Positions 37,801 through 46,900 of a DNA stretch of 64,000 bases are shown piece by piece (position 1 is the stretch's first letter; every line of letters begins with the position of its first letter). The DNA lies in IMG/VR virus record IMGVR_UViG_3300025127_000020, positions 1-64,000 of that record; one strand, 5' to 3'. Made by a program: the position numbers and the translations under genes. The notes under the pieces are model-generated. The model had not been told where the DNA came from and ran no database searches. It saw only the letters and a program-made list of their open reading frames with translations. This DNA is from a virus.

Positions 37801-40223
37801 GCACCTATTGAGATAAACTTCTTTTTTTCTACCTCTGTTCTAGCAGCAGTAGATGTTATGATTTGTGTCTTAGTAAATTCGTGCTCTACAGAATCAGACA
37901 ACGTGCTAACACCATAGAATTCTAATTCATAATCAGTAGTAGCTCCGCCGTGAATTTTATCACCAAATTCTTTTACTGGAGATAATTTAACTGCAAGATT
38001 CCACTTTGAATTATCATAGACAGACTTATAGACATCTGACTTTAGTAGATAATTTACTCCCCCAAAATTAAGAGAGGCTACAAACTTTACATTGTCTGAA
38101 TAATCTTGCTCCTTCTCTATGTAGATGTCAACAATCGGTGGATTAGAATTTTGATAAACAGAATCTCCAGTCTGAGTTGGATCAGCTTCTGCAACAACTA
38201 AAATCTGTTCTTCTGATTGAATAGGAGTAGTAAAAGCTGGATGACCATTGTCTGCTTTCTTTGGAATAATAAATTCAGTTTCTACGGTAAAAGAAATCAA
38301 ATTGCTATTTGCATTTGAAGGTGCGTCAATGTAAGATGATGTTTCTGTTCTTGCTGCATCATTTTGACAATAAACAGTTGCAGAGTCTCTAGTCAGGCTA
38401 TTAAAGTCTACAAAATTCTTCTTTATCGCTGTAGTTCTTCTAGTGTCTTCAAGTGTGTAGTCTGAATTGTCTGCGTAGAGATTTATTTTTACCAACTCAT
38501 CATCAATGCCGAAACATCTGATTAGGTTTCTAAACGACTTTTCCGTTCCTTTTGATTTAAAGATGAACGAGATGTTATTGTAAATATTTTGATAAATAGT
38601 ATTTTTTATATCATGAATCTTTTCGTTAAAAAGATCTTGCTCGCCTCTGGATAAAATCTCCTCAATGGCATTAGCTTCCGAGAATAAGTCTGGAACTATA
38701 ATTCCTCTTGACTGTAATGAATCTCTTATTAAAGCGTAAGGCTTATCATTCTCTTCTTTTAGTGAGTAATATTTAACTTCTCCAATGTCTGTAATCTCTT
38801 TTATCTGTTGATGCGTTTCATCAAAGTAGCTACTTAAAACTTGAGTAAACTTTTGCAAGTTGTTGCCAGTTTTTTCGTCCTCATCGATGATCCAAGCGGG
38901 TAAAGTGTTAAAGATTGAAGAATTATTAATATAGTCATGAGCACGCCCAAGTGTTTCATAAGACGAAAGAGTTGACGCTAAAGAAGGGTGTGTGGAATAA
39001 ATTATCGGATCTTTAGTTTCCAAATCATCGAAGAGACCGTATTCATCAAGAGCAGAAGTTAATTTTCTAACTTCCAAACTGTAGCTTGAGATTGTTCCAT
39101 TTGAAATTCTTCCAGAATAGTCTAAAACAATTGAATCAATCGATTCGTTTCCGACAATACCTTCATTGAATTTAAGATAGACGCCTAAGTCTACCTTATT
39201 GTTTTCTTTGCTATATTTCTCGTTATCAGTGTTGGTCCCTCCATCTACATTTGTAAACCAATAGCGACCGATTTGTTCTTCTGTTCTTCTTTGCTTCCAG
39301 AATCTAAACTCATCAACATAAAGACCGTTAACCGTGTTTGTTCCAGATGCGGTGCCATTTATGTTCAAATAGGTCTCAGCCTGAGAGATAGAATCAACAT
39401 TCGTGCCTGCTTTTATAAGACCAATCCTTGTTCCATTTTTGTAAATTTCTACTTGAACATCATTTCCAAAATTTATAAAGGATAAAGCATAGTGTGCCCA
39501 AGAGGTTCCTAAGAAATTAGAGATTGTAACCTGACCATCGGCTCCAGATAGACCTGTAGATGTGTCATCAGTGTAAGTAAGAGACAGAACAGAGGAAGTA
39601 GTGTTATAAGCAACCTGAATCCTATTACCCGACTCATTACCTGCAACAAACGGATAGACGTCTCCAGAGACCGATCCTTCTAGTTTTGCCCAAAACTCAA
39701 CTGTGTTACCTAAAGTTCCATTGATGTGAACATTTGCTGTTCTGTAAATTTCTGGATCCCAGATGTTTGCATTTCCCTCTTTATGCGGATACTGTTTTGA
39801 TAGTTCTTCTTTATCATTTACAGCTACAGAGGGGTCTCTGTTTGGTCCACCCTTCACATAAATAGATTGACCTGTTCCTAGTTTTACATGACCAACGGTC
39901 TTTGGATAGACATTATCAAAAATCCACTTGTCCAAGCCAGAGGACTCATTATGCCATTTTGTTTTTTCTAGCAAAGAGCCATCATAGGGATAGGTTTGAT
40001 AAATTCTTCTAAATGAATCTTGATAGTAGCGCTCTGCCGAACCATACCTTGCAAAGTTTTCTGGTTTTGAATAATCTATGTGAGAGACAAAAGACTTTCT
40101 CTCTTTTACCTTTTCTGAAATCAGAGCACTAGATTCGACATTCTTTTCTATCTCTTCTTGCTTAGACTTAGTGATTACCTTATTGTTTTTTCTTTTATTA
40201 AATAAGTCTTTTACGCTCATCAA
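28896..40223 (-). CDS. Giant (3775-aa) baseplate/tail protein with several LamG-like domains
   Basis: TVEFW...WAHYALSF...VDEFRFWK...YLKFNEG...DYSG and LSVW...FNHIV...LDELSVW LamG-like blocks; KSKGTEKS motif of wedge proteins; position after the gp6-like gene. Confidence 0.75.
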   Translation of the reverse strand: MMSVKDLFNKRKNNKVITKSKQEEIEKNVESSALISEKVKERKSFVSHIDYSKPENFARYGSAERYYQDSFRRIYQTYPYDGSLLEKTKWHNESSGLDKWIFDNVYPKTVGHVKLGTGQSIYVKGGPNRDPSVAVNDKEELSKQYPHKEGNANIWDPEIYRTANVHINGTLGNTVEFWAKLEGSVSGDVYPFVAGNESGNRIQVAYNTTSSVLSLTYTDDTSTGLSGADGQVTISNFLGTSWAHYALSFINFGNDVQVEIYKNGTRIGLIKAGTNVDSISQAETYLNINGTASGTNTVNGLYVDEFRFWKQRRTEEQIGRYWFTNVDGGTNTDNEKYSKENNKVDLGVYLKFNEGIVGNESIDSIVLDYSGRISNGTISSYSLEVRKLTSALDEYGLFDDLETKDPIIYSTHPSLASTLSSYETLGRAHDYINNSSIFNTLPAWIIDEDEKTGNNLQKFTQVLSSYFDETHQQIKEITDIGEVKYYSLKEENDKPYALIRDSLQSRGIIVPDLFSEANAIEEILSRGEQDLFNEKIHDIKNTIYQNIYNNISFIFKSKGTEKSFRNLIRCFGIDDELVKINLYADNSDYTLEDTRRTTAIKKNFVDFNSLTRDSATVYCQNDAARTETSSYIDAPSNANSNLISFTVETEFIIPKKADNGHPAFTTPIQSEEQILVVAEADPTQTGDSVYQNSNPPIVDIYIEKEQDYSDNVKFVASLNFGGVNYLLKSDVYKSVYDNSKWNLAVKLSPVKEFGDKIHGGATTDYELEFYGVSTLSDSVEHEFTKTQIITSTAARTEVEKKKFISIGASKQNYDPSEPNVNRKTNLKISSTLFWYDYLSNEEIKAHASDGSNFGRLHPNDDAYSFVANLSSGGTADIRVPRKDTLAMHWDFNGVATSDASGNFTVEDLSEGFAASDSRYGWFTELVRKQVTGRGRHFQANDDQVTNREFIYSAKHRPPEVINSEELVEIRTQDDDKFTRDSRPITHFFAAEKSMYQIINDQIVNLFATIVEFNDLIGQPINRYRMDYKSLEKFRQMFFERVKNVPSLEKYVDYYKWIDNSIGMMLEQLIPVSSNFSSELRTMIESHVLERNKYWTKFPTLEMEDQPIEANVRGINEMLYNYDLGRAPLAGEDKCLWEKDRAERTGTTVTSGDANVDADREKIRSVETREIKGQTKLVDRGLGLVEESDPTLYDSSSTTFYEGRVYATRRLSKPYRLNVTKSPTIHGGVNYSETTKDPNDFVRSSTPMGKSVEITSLDINPRECSRESQINTEFFKKFKRSSTITLKDGSKTESLDGSFIYPRFGESIDTATADLKNLHNDSYGDDAEIPMQGPFTSQWVGGNQHRHVVLSTYYGADPNRPELFLKSGNELKHPKDIDVNNASARFLREEVAKRPLNIKNIKTVIIHDRVNANEKPLGNYTHDYDVIQTSGRSKNNRWFVKDEGNQVANKRASTVITGLSDYTLPDRTRANNYDFGRTENIFVERFSAPGDPLTMGLGFMDHEAAEFSPYNSMNFRNFNVRSHLHYWLAQHSGLYEGSQGYRQDLALPGIAAYQKNNRNRLYDVRLVNSGPSGESYVCKSTFDNAYVGHQIPRSDLQYHFVTSSVDPSQYETSINDVCGSKVPLRFSDYYNDFVISEGYDATSDQESYADYQGSGWRFIRGSERNEPVEGRKENVISVIDGDEQSSSNYREPIAAWNKPMTHRILRNSRDLQIAIDFDMEESTPPTILARHAYSNGLEFFANPNLAARVEVVKNSNQFYDEINNLLSGNFPLEQTPYYTSFFYKEIIYPKHRNVGLNKVRERSKFDGYEEFWDSLLLDRMTPAWQKSKLGFEKLVLASKANGRLHESSFVMDYYQYQQNDGLTTRGYEVIGELNYGGINFYQSKILNKIRNAVSAEASVDVRDWGQEKLFDSSSSIAPFYNSSVIRNERLRTQPRAQLFYLPREHTDGQEKQWFPRKIIDQSQLVPAYDDYDHYGEELRSIGQNYGILSEFRVSQHMDKYLLDGTVNYRQKNYSFLSLDGASYDSNRHEGKTHTQFSSKKDITKVRTYAINLFPGQTADDIESTRKIVYPTSAQEALESYFIRNNNRPDGVVRGQDQSINPLYAGGTFTIDNSVNTDVIIDEPFPFVSPARVPHQKGINAAAQFNIENENDYLVASFNKVAFRDPSTGASQSNRIFPAGFGVPFNLSVWAQPNPERETSGLFSCLGLQLSSSATASMSVLEKVKFEGVKNKFTDSLGNSGLTVVFSDTPRLPEIVDSYGSHDFRGTDVITFFRGDGKPAFLKEGQFNHIVFQLVSNKDVFNNTPNQTTLIKLWLNGEELYGAHPYALAVGATHVANAYSPASVGKPHSTVQPHGTDNLGIEYVGFAASSFNKSLVLGNSNPVVALETNQSEETKRFRFSGLLDELSVWSGFMTKDSIGVLYNNGKPSNLLNDIETDKFLPPSNLDDWKLSSTIPERFRKLDIDDTGIAITDPNATFGWSVAEMSRGTGSGSLVNEHLQMWHRLGVAYHEEITECESWDDEFFNSYVHSDNIKFIEKVTRDQESLGVKVEERVRLKVNAIKKLLPYDGFYPQDRTVQIAKLFTEKAKKSIKPQPEEAVFHNEQAIQAALQHFFAPGILYNSIKAGIACDWASFTDTYGLEQSAVSSSYTTSENVERTFKTPAPHWYCPRQSRENLDEALFELTESMDSGPLYSLLNAHQPGVLGNLNMPSHSMYGFVTVTEPTTRLPFEALINPTKFLSMAEPAESKTKFKNLSLELNGWDCEGTILTFETVESDPSGDGYYLKKNKISIGTTQRPGFEDTDWDVDVREFMLAPKNFTIDSVPLDGSQGNTILANQISDGEITIDYLNELIAIRLCKAINEREDFSVIAIPGWTPTHQYENPVRFEPLEPISYWFPTLNPELFGVRYSPTRISTPEGGLLSTLSELEWGCTDQIIGKQNNGTWVIRLIATGPIEETIETFGDDGMPKQFLKVNHIASNASLTWKQFHCVRETEAGEILPHNTNIQERLDHFSGRHSGFGRFEGSTGSVATLLASRRVISGIAGGEFQVSGDRVTILGSQNYSSPNSLGVKPFFTSDGYPNPDNVTDVNTRFVISDRDDQGTGSTQQSLFVSTAASDPISGQLIFSDPHRYETEADESYCNKFFLMTPEYYEIRHQKGDQDPSSRLRNLRDYVYPNFEWLSDSRSDIRYDNAINNFVAEVPKFFLQNSKLTTLTSRPEIEFKQMTAGVTYYMDVAISKSKGFEIATTSGGEIPTKYFGPAMKWKELRDYDVTTIEGIEDLTAPPSQAAYAPPYLYGKGVTRLAFRAEESRVYTLNEILSKITTEDVSREHNDYFRSRSQIVETIITPLTPDDEPEDGFRDFPGFELPVMVREGVRVSDYRNQPAWKSRMKVESCLELLGKRRTRQVSFDLSSTKLEEDGVEKKKPMSAQDAADTSYNSWCISTKFECPVLNFAHVRDLKGTDVAVQERKIEEFTYSSFYREQGVTAHKSGQGIWSSYGEIPRDGEGIFISLEESFTSVSEGERIGSLIDVCGFKSFKEQVGRIAQERTISEAVVMIPFVDSPLEETIRVDDRNFFSITPEKFIKQVSNVENGLPAVSAQDYGLESDIEETTITRMSKMMKKYNLPPRYDFMKFRSDSKPFVIYFFEFEETLDQEDLSNIWQGLQPKIALTSRKDSNEVIHDLAPWEFFEGRKITQDVRWMVFKVKKTACMDYETLLNDSIQDQRFDFETTAGVEEPQYSYNYPYDYFSLVEMVKIEAGAEFEINPMELYKKKLPEEAE

Positions 40224-41686
40224 TCCACCCTAAACTTAAAAACTTCATCCTGCTCTTTTAACTCCCCGTTAATAGAGAGCATAAATTTAATTCCATACAT
40301 GTAGCCAGACTCAAGATTGGACATGTCAAAATCAAAGTAGCTGCCAGATGCGTCATAAGATAATAGAGTGTGCTCTTTGTTCAAAGAAGAAGCAGAGGTT
40401 CCATTTCCATAGTCAACAACAACAGCATCATCTACAAGGCGAACAATCTTATAATAAATCTTGTCGATAATTAGATTCTCAATCTCCTTGCTTGCTACCG
40501 TATAAATAGTTGGAGACCAATCTTTTGCTCTTGTGTAAACTCTGAATTTTGGCTTCTCAGTTCTTAGATAAGAAGGTTTCATGTTTGTTACATCTAAAAC
40601 GTATTCTGTGTTTCCAGAATCAGTTGAAAAATCTCTTGTTAAAACTTTTATGCTGCCTTCTTTCAAAATGCTCGTTTCTGTAGTGCCTGCATCTGCGGAG
40701 ATATACCACCTGTCATAAACTTTTGTTAAAGCAGTAGCTTCAGGAACAGTGACTGTTGCAACATAAATTCCAGAACCTGTAGGCGTCTCATCTGCGGTCG
40801 CAAATAAGTCTGGTGAAAATGCTGTTGTATAAGTAGAGTCTTGGTAGAGTCTAACCGCAAGAGTGCTGCCTCCAAGTTCCAGACTCTTTCTTACGCCATT
40901 GACAGAATTATAAAAATATAGCTTTCTTTGATTATCTGTTGCTGATAACCCAGATGAAGCCTTATAGAAATTTCCTCTGTTATCTTCAATAGCGTCTTGC
41001 CTTCTTACTTCAATAACTGGACGTTTAAAAAAGAACTCTGATGATCTTGAAAAGAATTTCTTTGTGTAAAAGTTTGGCGTAGCTGTTCCGCTGTCGTCTG
41101 TGTCTGAGGATGGAAACTTTATAAGAAAAGCGTTGATGGGTTCTCCGTTCCATTGCGATTGCACATGTGAAGTTATATCTATTTCCAAATCCTCTGTTCC
41201 CAAATCAAAGGACGCTGTTCCTATTGGGTTGAGTGAGCCATCAGGTAAAGCCCCTGGAGTGGTCCAGGTAGTATTATTTCCTTTTCTGTTTATCCAGTTG
41301 GCTTCTCCTACATCTTTGTAAGATTCCATGTCCAGACCGTGACCTTCGTGCCAATCCTCATCGATAAGCCAGGCTTCTAGAGAGAAATTCTTTGGCAATG
41401 TAAACGGATGAGGTGCGTTAAACAATCTAAGGATAAATTTAGCATCAGTAGGAAAAGTTCCATAATAATCCCAGATGTCTTGAAATTTTGGATAAACAAG
41501 TATCCTTGCTTCCTCAAGTTTGTCTGCGGAAGTAGGGTTCGCTTTAGCGGTTTGATTGTAGATGAAAAAAACCTCTAGAGAGTCTGAGAGTCCCATGTTT
41601 GCGTCTGTTGCTCTACTTTTAAGATTTTCTTTGTAAGCATTTGTAATCGTTGTGTCTTTTGTTATAAACCATTTTTTAATAGACAT
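40220..41686 (-). CDS. Structural protein (DNRLRE/CBM96-like N-terminus, Ig-like C-terminus)
   Basis: KDTTI...ARIL..F...LRL...W.EG.G...W...W..PG...DIT..V..W...F.SR......P.IEV pattern. Confidence 0.5.
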   Translation of the reverse strand: MSIKKWFITKDTTITNAYKENLKSRATDANMGLSDSLEVFFIYNQTAKANPTSADKLEEARILVYPKFQDIWDYYGTFPTDAKFILRLFNAPHPFTLPKNFSLEAWLIDEDWHEGHGLDMESYKDVGEANWINRKGNNTTWTTPGALPDGSLNPIGTASFDLGTEDLEIDITSHVQSQWNGEPINAFLIKFPSSDTDDSGTATPNFYTKKFFSRSSEFFFKRPVIEVRRQDAIEDNRGNFYKASSGLSATDNQRKLYFYNSVNGVRKSLELGGSTLAVRLYQDSTYTTAFSPDLFATADETPTGSGIYVATVTVPEATALTKVYDRWYISADAGTTETSILKEGSIKVLTRDFSTDSGNTEYVLDVTNMKPSYLRTEKPKFRVYTRAKDWSPTIYTVASKEIENLIIDKIYYKIVRLVDDAVVVDYGNGTSASSLNKEHTLLSYDASGSYFDFDMSNLESGYMYGIKFMLSINGELKEQDEVFKFRVD

Positions 41687-43524
41687 TAGACAATGACCCC
41701 CTTAATATCAAAGTTCGGAAATTTAATTTCATAAATAACATTCTTTGGCATTTCGATATATCTTCCATCAGGTGACTTTGCCTTTTCAATGTCAAATCTT
41801 ATTGTAGAATAGTCACGAGAACCATCTGTTCCAACTTTCTGATTTACCTCTACTTCAGTCACATCTATAATCCCATCGACTTCACGAAGTTCTCGATAAA
41901 TATCTGTGATAAAAAGTGGCTCGCCAATGTCTGGTAGTCTTAGAAAGTGATCTACTAGTCTCTGCTTTGCATCTTCAAGTGTTTCAAATTTTGGTTTTCC
42001 CAACTCCCCTATTGCTGTAAAATTTATCTCTACATTTAAAATCTTTGCATCAAAAATGTCTATAGTGTCGTTTATCATTTTATTTTTTTGAATCCAAGTC
42101 TTTACATTTTTTTTCAAGACATCATTAGGATTTGCAAGTTCACCAAATGCTCCTTCTGCAATAAGATAAAGATTTAGATTTCTCTTTAAAGAATCATTAT
42201 CTCTATAAATCCTACATCTCTTAACTGCTCCAAACTTTTGAGGCATTTGATAAATTAAAGATTCATAGTCTTGCTGTGTCACTGCTCTGTTCTGTGCTGC
42301 GAATGATCCTTTGATTCTGTGCTTTATTTCATAAGAGTCTGGATAAGCAACATTTCCCACAATAGGTTCTTCATTATCTACTTCTAAAGAATTATTTACG
42401 AATGAAAATTTTACAGGATCTAGAGAAATCACATCTTCAAATTCGAAAACGTAATTTACTGCATCCGTTAACTGACCTACTCTACAGTTGACATTATCTT
42501 CACTATTTGTTCGATAATCTATTGTTAAAACAGTGTTTGATGGACCTACGCCGAATTTGTCACTTTCAATTAATTTTGTAGGGTCAAATGCTCTATCTTG
42601 AATATAATTTCTGCCATGAGTTTCTAAAACTGTAGATTGAGGTTCTGAAATCATATCCTTTGGTAGACTTACATCAGAACTTGCTCCAAAAGTAATTTTT
42701 GTTATTCGACCATCTAATTCTGAAATAAACCTTCTTGGCACTACAAAAGGTTTTAAAATCTCCGCTGCTTGATCTCCAGTGTTATAAGAAAGAGTTTGAT
42801 TTCCCAATGTTTTACTGCGGTTTGTTACGCCTTTATAAATAACATTTTGAGAAAGGTTATCTACTTCATAAAATTCATTACCTTCAGAATCGATTATAGA
42901 AATAACTTCAGAGATATCTGGTGCTTCAAGTTCAACTCTTCTAAACTTCACAAAATCGTCAATCTCAACAAATTCTCTTTGTAAATTACCAGAGATAACC
43001 TGCCCATAGGCTTTTACTGCATAATAAGTTGGCTTGCCTGTAGACTCATTTACCCTAGCCACTCTGATTTCATTATTTTCTCTTCCAAAATGAACATCTT
43101 CATTCAGAATAAAATTAGAACCAGATCTAGATGAAAAAGTCGAACTTCTTTTCAAAATAGGAAGATAATTTAAATCTGGTCCCAACCCTGAAGACAACGC
43201 AGGGATCATTATGTAAAACGCTGCTGTTCCAACAGAAGGAGGGCTAGATCTAAATCTATAGCCTAATTGTTTTCCTATTTTTAAAATGTTTTCATATTCG
43301 GCTGCGGTTTCAAGAAAAGTTTCATTGGCTTGATAATCAATATAAAATGACAAGATGTCGCCAATGTAGGCAACTGTGTCTATCATTAAAGAACCAAACG
43401 AAGCCTCATTAAAATCCCTATAAGTGTTTGGATAATATCTTTTTACATAATTCAGCAAGTCTGCCTTGATGGTGTCAAACTCACGGCTAGTGTAATTTAT
43501 GGAAACTGTTCTTTTTTTACTCAT
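41686..43524 (-). CDS. Baseplate wedge subunit (T4 gp6-like)
   Basis: YTSREFDTIKADL, DFNEASFG, AYIGDILSFYIDYQANETFL and QNRAVTQQDY. Confidence 0.9.
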   Translation of the reverse strand: MSKKRTVSINYTSREFDTIKADLLNYVKRYYPNTYRDFNEASFGSLMIDTVAYIGDILSFYIDYQANETFLETAAEYENILKIGKQLGYRFRSSPPSVGTAAFYIMIPALSSGLGPDLNYLPILKRSSTFSSRSGSNFILNEDVHFGRENNEIRVARVNESTGKPTYYAVKAYGQVISGNLQREFVEIDDFVKFRRVELEAPDISEVISIIDSEGNEFYEVDNLSQNVIYKGVTNRSKTLGNQTLSYNTGDQAAEILKPFVVPRRFISELDGRITKITFGASSDVSLPKDMISEPQSTVLETHGRNYIQDRAFDPTKLIESDKFGVGPSNTVLTIDYRTNSEDNVNCRVGQLTDAVNYVFEFEDVISLDPVKFSFVNNSLEVDNEEPIVGNVAYPDSYEIKHRIKGSFAAQNRAVTQQDYESLIYQMPQKFGAVKRCRIYRDNDSLKRNLNLYLIAEGAFGELANPNDVLKKNVKTWIQKNKMINDTIDIFDAKILNVEINFTAIGELGKPKFETLEDAKQRLVDHFLRLPDIGEPLFITDIYRELREVDGIIDVTEVEVNQKVGTDGSRDYSTIRFDIEKAKSPDGRYIEMPKNVIYEIKFPNFDIKGVIV

Positions 43525-43546
43525 TTAAATAAATTCCTCGCTCAGG

Positions 43547-43554
43547 ATAAATAG
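43547..43554 (-). promoter_or_regulatory. Putative late promoter CTATTTAT
   Basis: 22 nt upstream of the gp6-like start. Confidence 0.65.
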
Positions 43555-43560
43555 TTTCTG

Positions 43561-43953
43561 TTATGAATTATCATCCCCAATAGCAAACTCAAGAGAATCC
43601 ACAACTTCTACAGGAGGAACTTCATAATTTAAAGTGACTTTTATTCCATCGTTAGGAAAGTCTGGATTGAAATCTACTATTTCTATTTGATTTATTATAA
43701 CAAATGGCAAATAGATCTCTATCTGTTCTCTTATTTTAGATCTAATTTTTTCAAAAGTCATCTCTGTTTTATTTTCAAATAAATAATTTCTCAAACCGAC
43801 GCCAAAAAATGGATCCATTATTCTTTCCCCAGGTGAAGTAAGAATTAACATTTTTACGTTTTGTGCTATGAGTTCTTGATAATTTTTATTTAAAGCATAC
43901 CCATCTGCTGGATCTAAAGTGAGTGGTAGCTTTGGTGAAAATCCGTAAGACAT
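43561..43953 (-). CDS. Baseplate wedge subunit (gp25/GPW-like)
   Basis: QNVKMLILTSPGERIMDPFFGVGLRNYLFE...YLPFV. Confidence 0.92.
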   Translation of the reverse strand: MSYGFSPKLPLTLDPADGYALNKNYQELIAQNVKMLILTSPGERIMDPFFGVGLRNYLFENKTEMTFEKIRSKIREQIEIYLPFVIINQIEIVDFNPDFPNDGIKVTLNYEVPPVEVVDSLEFAIGDDNS

Positions 43954-43967
43954 TTGTTTTCCTCAAA

Positions 43968-43975
43968 TTAAATAG
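43968..43975 (-). promoter_or_regulatory. Putative late promoter CTATTTAA
   Basis: 14 nt upstream of the gp25-like start. Confidence 0.55.
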
Positions 43976-43984
43976 TCAATAAAA

Positions 43985-46900
43985 TTATTCATCATTGTCA
44001 GAATTTGATTCTTGTGAATCTCTTTCCGCTAGCTCTTCACAAATATCTCTTCTTTCTAGACCTTCTACATTAGGCTGTTCCTTGCTTCCTTTTTTATTTA
44101 AATTTCCCAAGCCAAGCGCATTGTAAGCAGCGTTAAGTGGGTTTGGACCATAAAGAAGTGGATTTGCTATAGAAAGTCCAAGAGAATTTTCAGTTGGAGA
44201 AACGTCAATGCAAGCAAGTCTTTGCAGTTTTGATAAATAAACAGCTAGTTTTATGTTTGGATCATTTTTTTCTACATAATCTTTAAAGACTTGCAATGCT
44301 GCATCAGAAGCTGCCTTTGCTGCTGCACCTAGAGAGAGACCTTTAAATGCATTTCCCCAATCAACATCTAATCCAAAGTTCCAAGCCAAATCTGATTTGC
44401 AGCTTCCCAATTGTAAGCCAAAATTAAATTGATAAGCTGCTAGAATATCTTCTGATGAGTTCTCTTGCATTGGCTTTGCAATTTTTTTCCAATCGTCCGC
44501 CTCTGGTGTTATTGTATAAAATAAAATGTTAAGCTCATCTCTTGAGACAAGTAGGGCATTTCTTACTTCACTAATTAATGATAGAGTTGACATTTCATAA
44601 ATTATAAATGATGACTTATAAATCTCTAATGGAAAAATATAATCAAGAAGAACTGAAACTTCTGCTGATAATTTCAATTCTTGTAGCGCATATTCGTTTG
44701 TGTTATTTTTGAATGAAAGAGATACTCCTTCAAAATCTGTTATTTCTTGCATGGGAATTTCTTCTTGACTAAAACCTCCTATTAGGTTTCTAATTTCGTT
44801 CAATCTTACGAGAAGCGTGTCTATTTCTGTGACAATAGCATCATAAGCTGCTTGACGATTTGGCAGAAGAGGTTCTGTCATGTCATGGTGATAGTGATTC
44901 CTCGGATTGTCCCAAATTCTGTCTCTCGCACGATAAAGTTCTTGGTATCTAGCTTCTAAATGTCGCTCTTCCTGTCTTAAGTCATCGGCTGTCGAACGAT
45001 GTGTTGGAGATTCTGAAAAAACCATAGTATAAGGCTTTCTCTTTGTCTCAAAAAGTGGAATTACTATTCTGCGCTTATCTGGAGTCAAAAATGCTTTTTC
45101 AGCGCTGGGTCGTGCAGGGCGGGGGTTGTTAACGAAACCAAAGTCAGGATTAAAACTTTCCAACCCATCTCTGTAATAAGGATAAGCCATGTCTACTAAA
45201 CAAACTACATAATAACTTTGTATTGAGTCTCTAATTTCCTGCTTACTTACGCCTAAGCCAATTAATTCTTGAGCATAATCCCTAACTCTCTCCTCCAGTG
45301 ACTCTGAATCTTCGTGTTCATAGAAAACATTATTTCTAGGTGACAGATTCTCGTCAAACGAAGTCATGTCGCCAAAGTGAAACCTCACTGCTCTTTGTAC
45401 TACAAGATCTTTATGATAATGATTCTCAAAAGTGTCATTACCAATGTTCTGACGGTTGATAACTTCTTCCGTGTCTAATAGGATCTTATTTATAAAAAAA
45501 TCTTTAACAGTTTGAGTTAATCCTTTTGGCTTCATAATGGCAATTTCAAAAGCTAATTTTATTTCCTTAAATTCTGACTCAAACAATTCTATCATAACTC
45601 CCTCTGGTGAAGGTGGTTCCAGAAGATCTGGGTCTAGTAAATATTCGCCCACTTCATTTAAAAAGTCATCGTAATAGGAGCCGTATCTTTGCATTTCAGA
45701 TTTCATAAGATCAAATGTAAAATCAAAAATTACTGCCTCTTCCAGTTCCGAAGTTGCAAAAACAGAATTTGAAATAATACTCCTAAGCAATCCTTCTAAA
45801 ATATAATGTCGAATAGTTAACCTAATGCAAGCTCGCATTAATTCCGTTTCAAATGGAGTCTTTGAAGGTTTGCCCTCTAACGAATCAGCGTCAACACAAA
45901 ACTCTTCACTAAAATTCTTTTTTATTTCATCAATTAAAGTTTTCAATCTTAAAACATGATTATCACATTCTGGTGATGTTGCTTTTGTAACAAGCTCAAT
46001 TAACTCAATTGCTTTCTTATTGGCTTTAACATTTTTAAAGTAAGGACTGGTGTTTAATTTTTTTGTAATTTCTTCAATAAATTTAACTTTTAAAGATTTA
46101 TAAATAAGCTCATAATCTATGACCTCGTAATCTTCTTGTGTCAGTTGAAACGGTCCTAATCCACGCCTAATTATACTTTCAAAAAGAGTAAAAGGTCTTC
46201 GATCTCCTGGTGGAACTCGGGATGAGACAAAACTCAACTCCTCTGGTGATAATCTTTTTTCTCTTCTATAAACCTGTGGTGGGAATGTGCCTGTTGTAGG
46301 ATCCAAAAACACACCACTATCCACTGAGATTTCATAATCATAAGAAAAGCCTGCTGAAAAAGTTCTTAGTTTCAATTCCCTTGATGGCGAATAATTTAAA
46401 ATTTCAGCAGAAGAGCCCTGAACTGCGTCAATTTGAAACTGTCTTTGTCGATATTCTTTTAATCGTTTCTGATATTCAACCAAATCTTCGACTCGGAAGA
46501 GCCATCGTTCTGCCAGAATAATGTCTACTGCTTCTATCTCCTTTTCGATCCTTTCGACATCTTCAGTGTTTTCGGTTTCAATCATGGTGCGTTTTTGTCT
46601 AATAAGAACATTTCTACGCTCGTTAAGATCTTCTACATTCTGTTCCATGTTTTGCTGCCATCTTCGGAGAGCGGCAGAGAGACCGATGAAGTCCGTTTCT
46701 TCATTAATTTGAAAATAGTTAAAAAGAATTTCAATAGCGACTATCCATTTATCTGTTTCACGTTCAACCGCATTGCTTCTTTCAACAAACCTCTCAAGCT
46801 CACCTTGTAGTTCATAATTTTCTTCAATAGGAATTTTAAACGACTCTATTTCGTGCTCTATATCAAATGAAGGATTACTATAAAACTCAGACAAAGAAGG

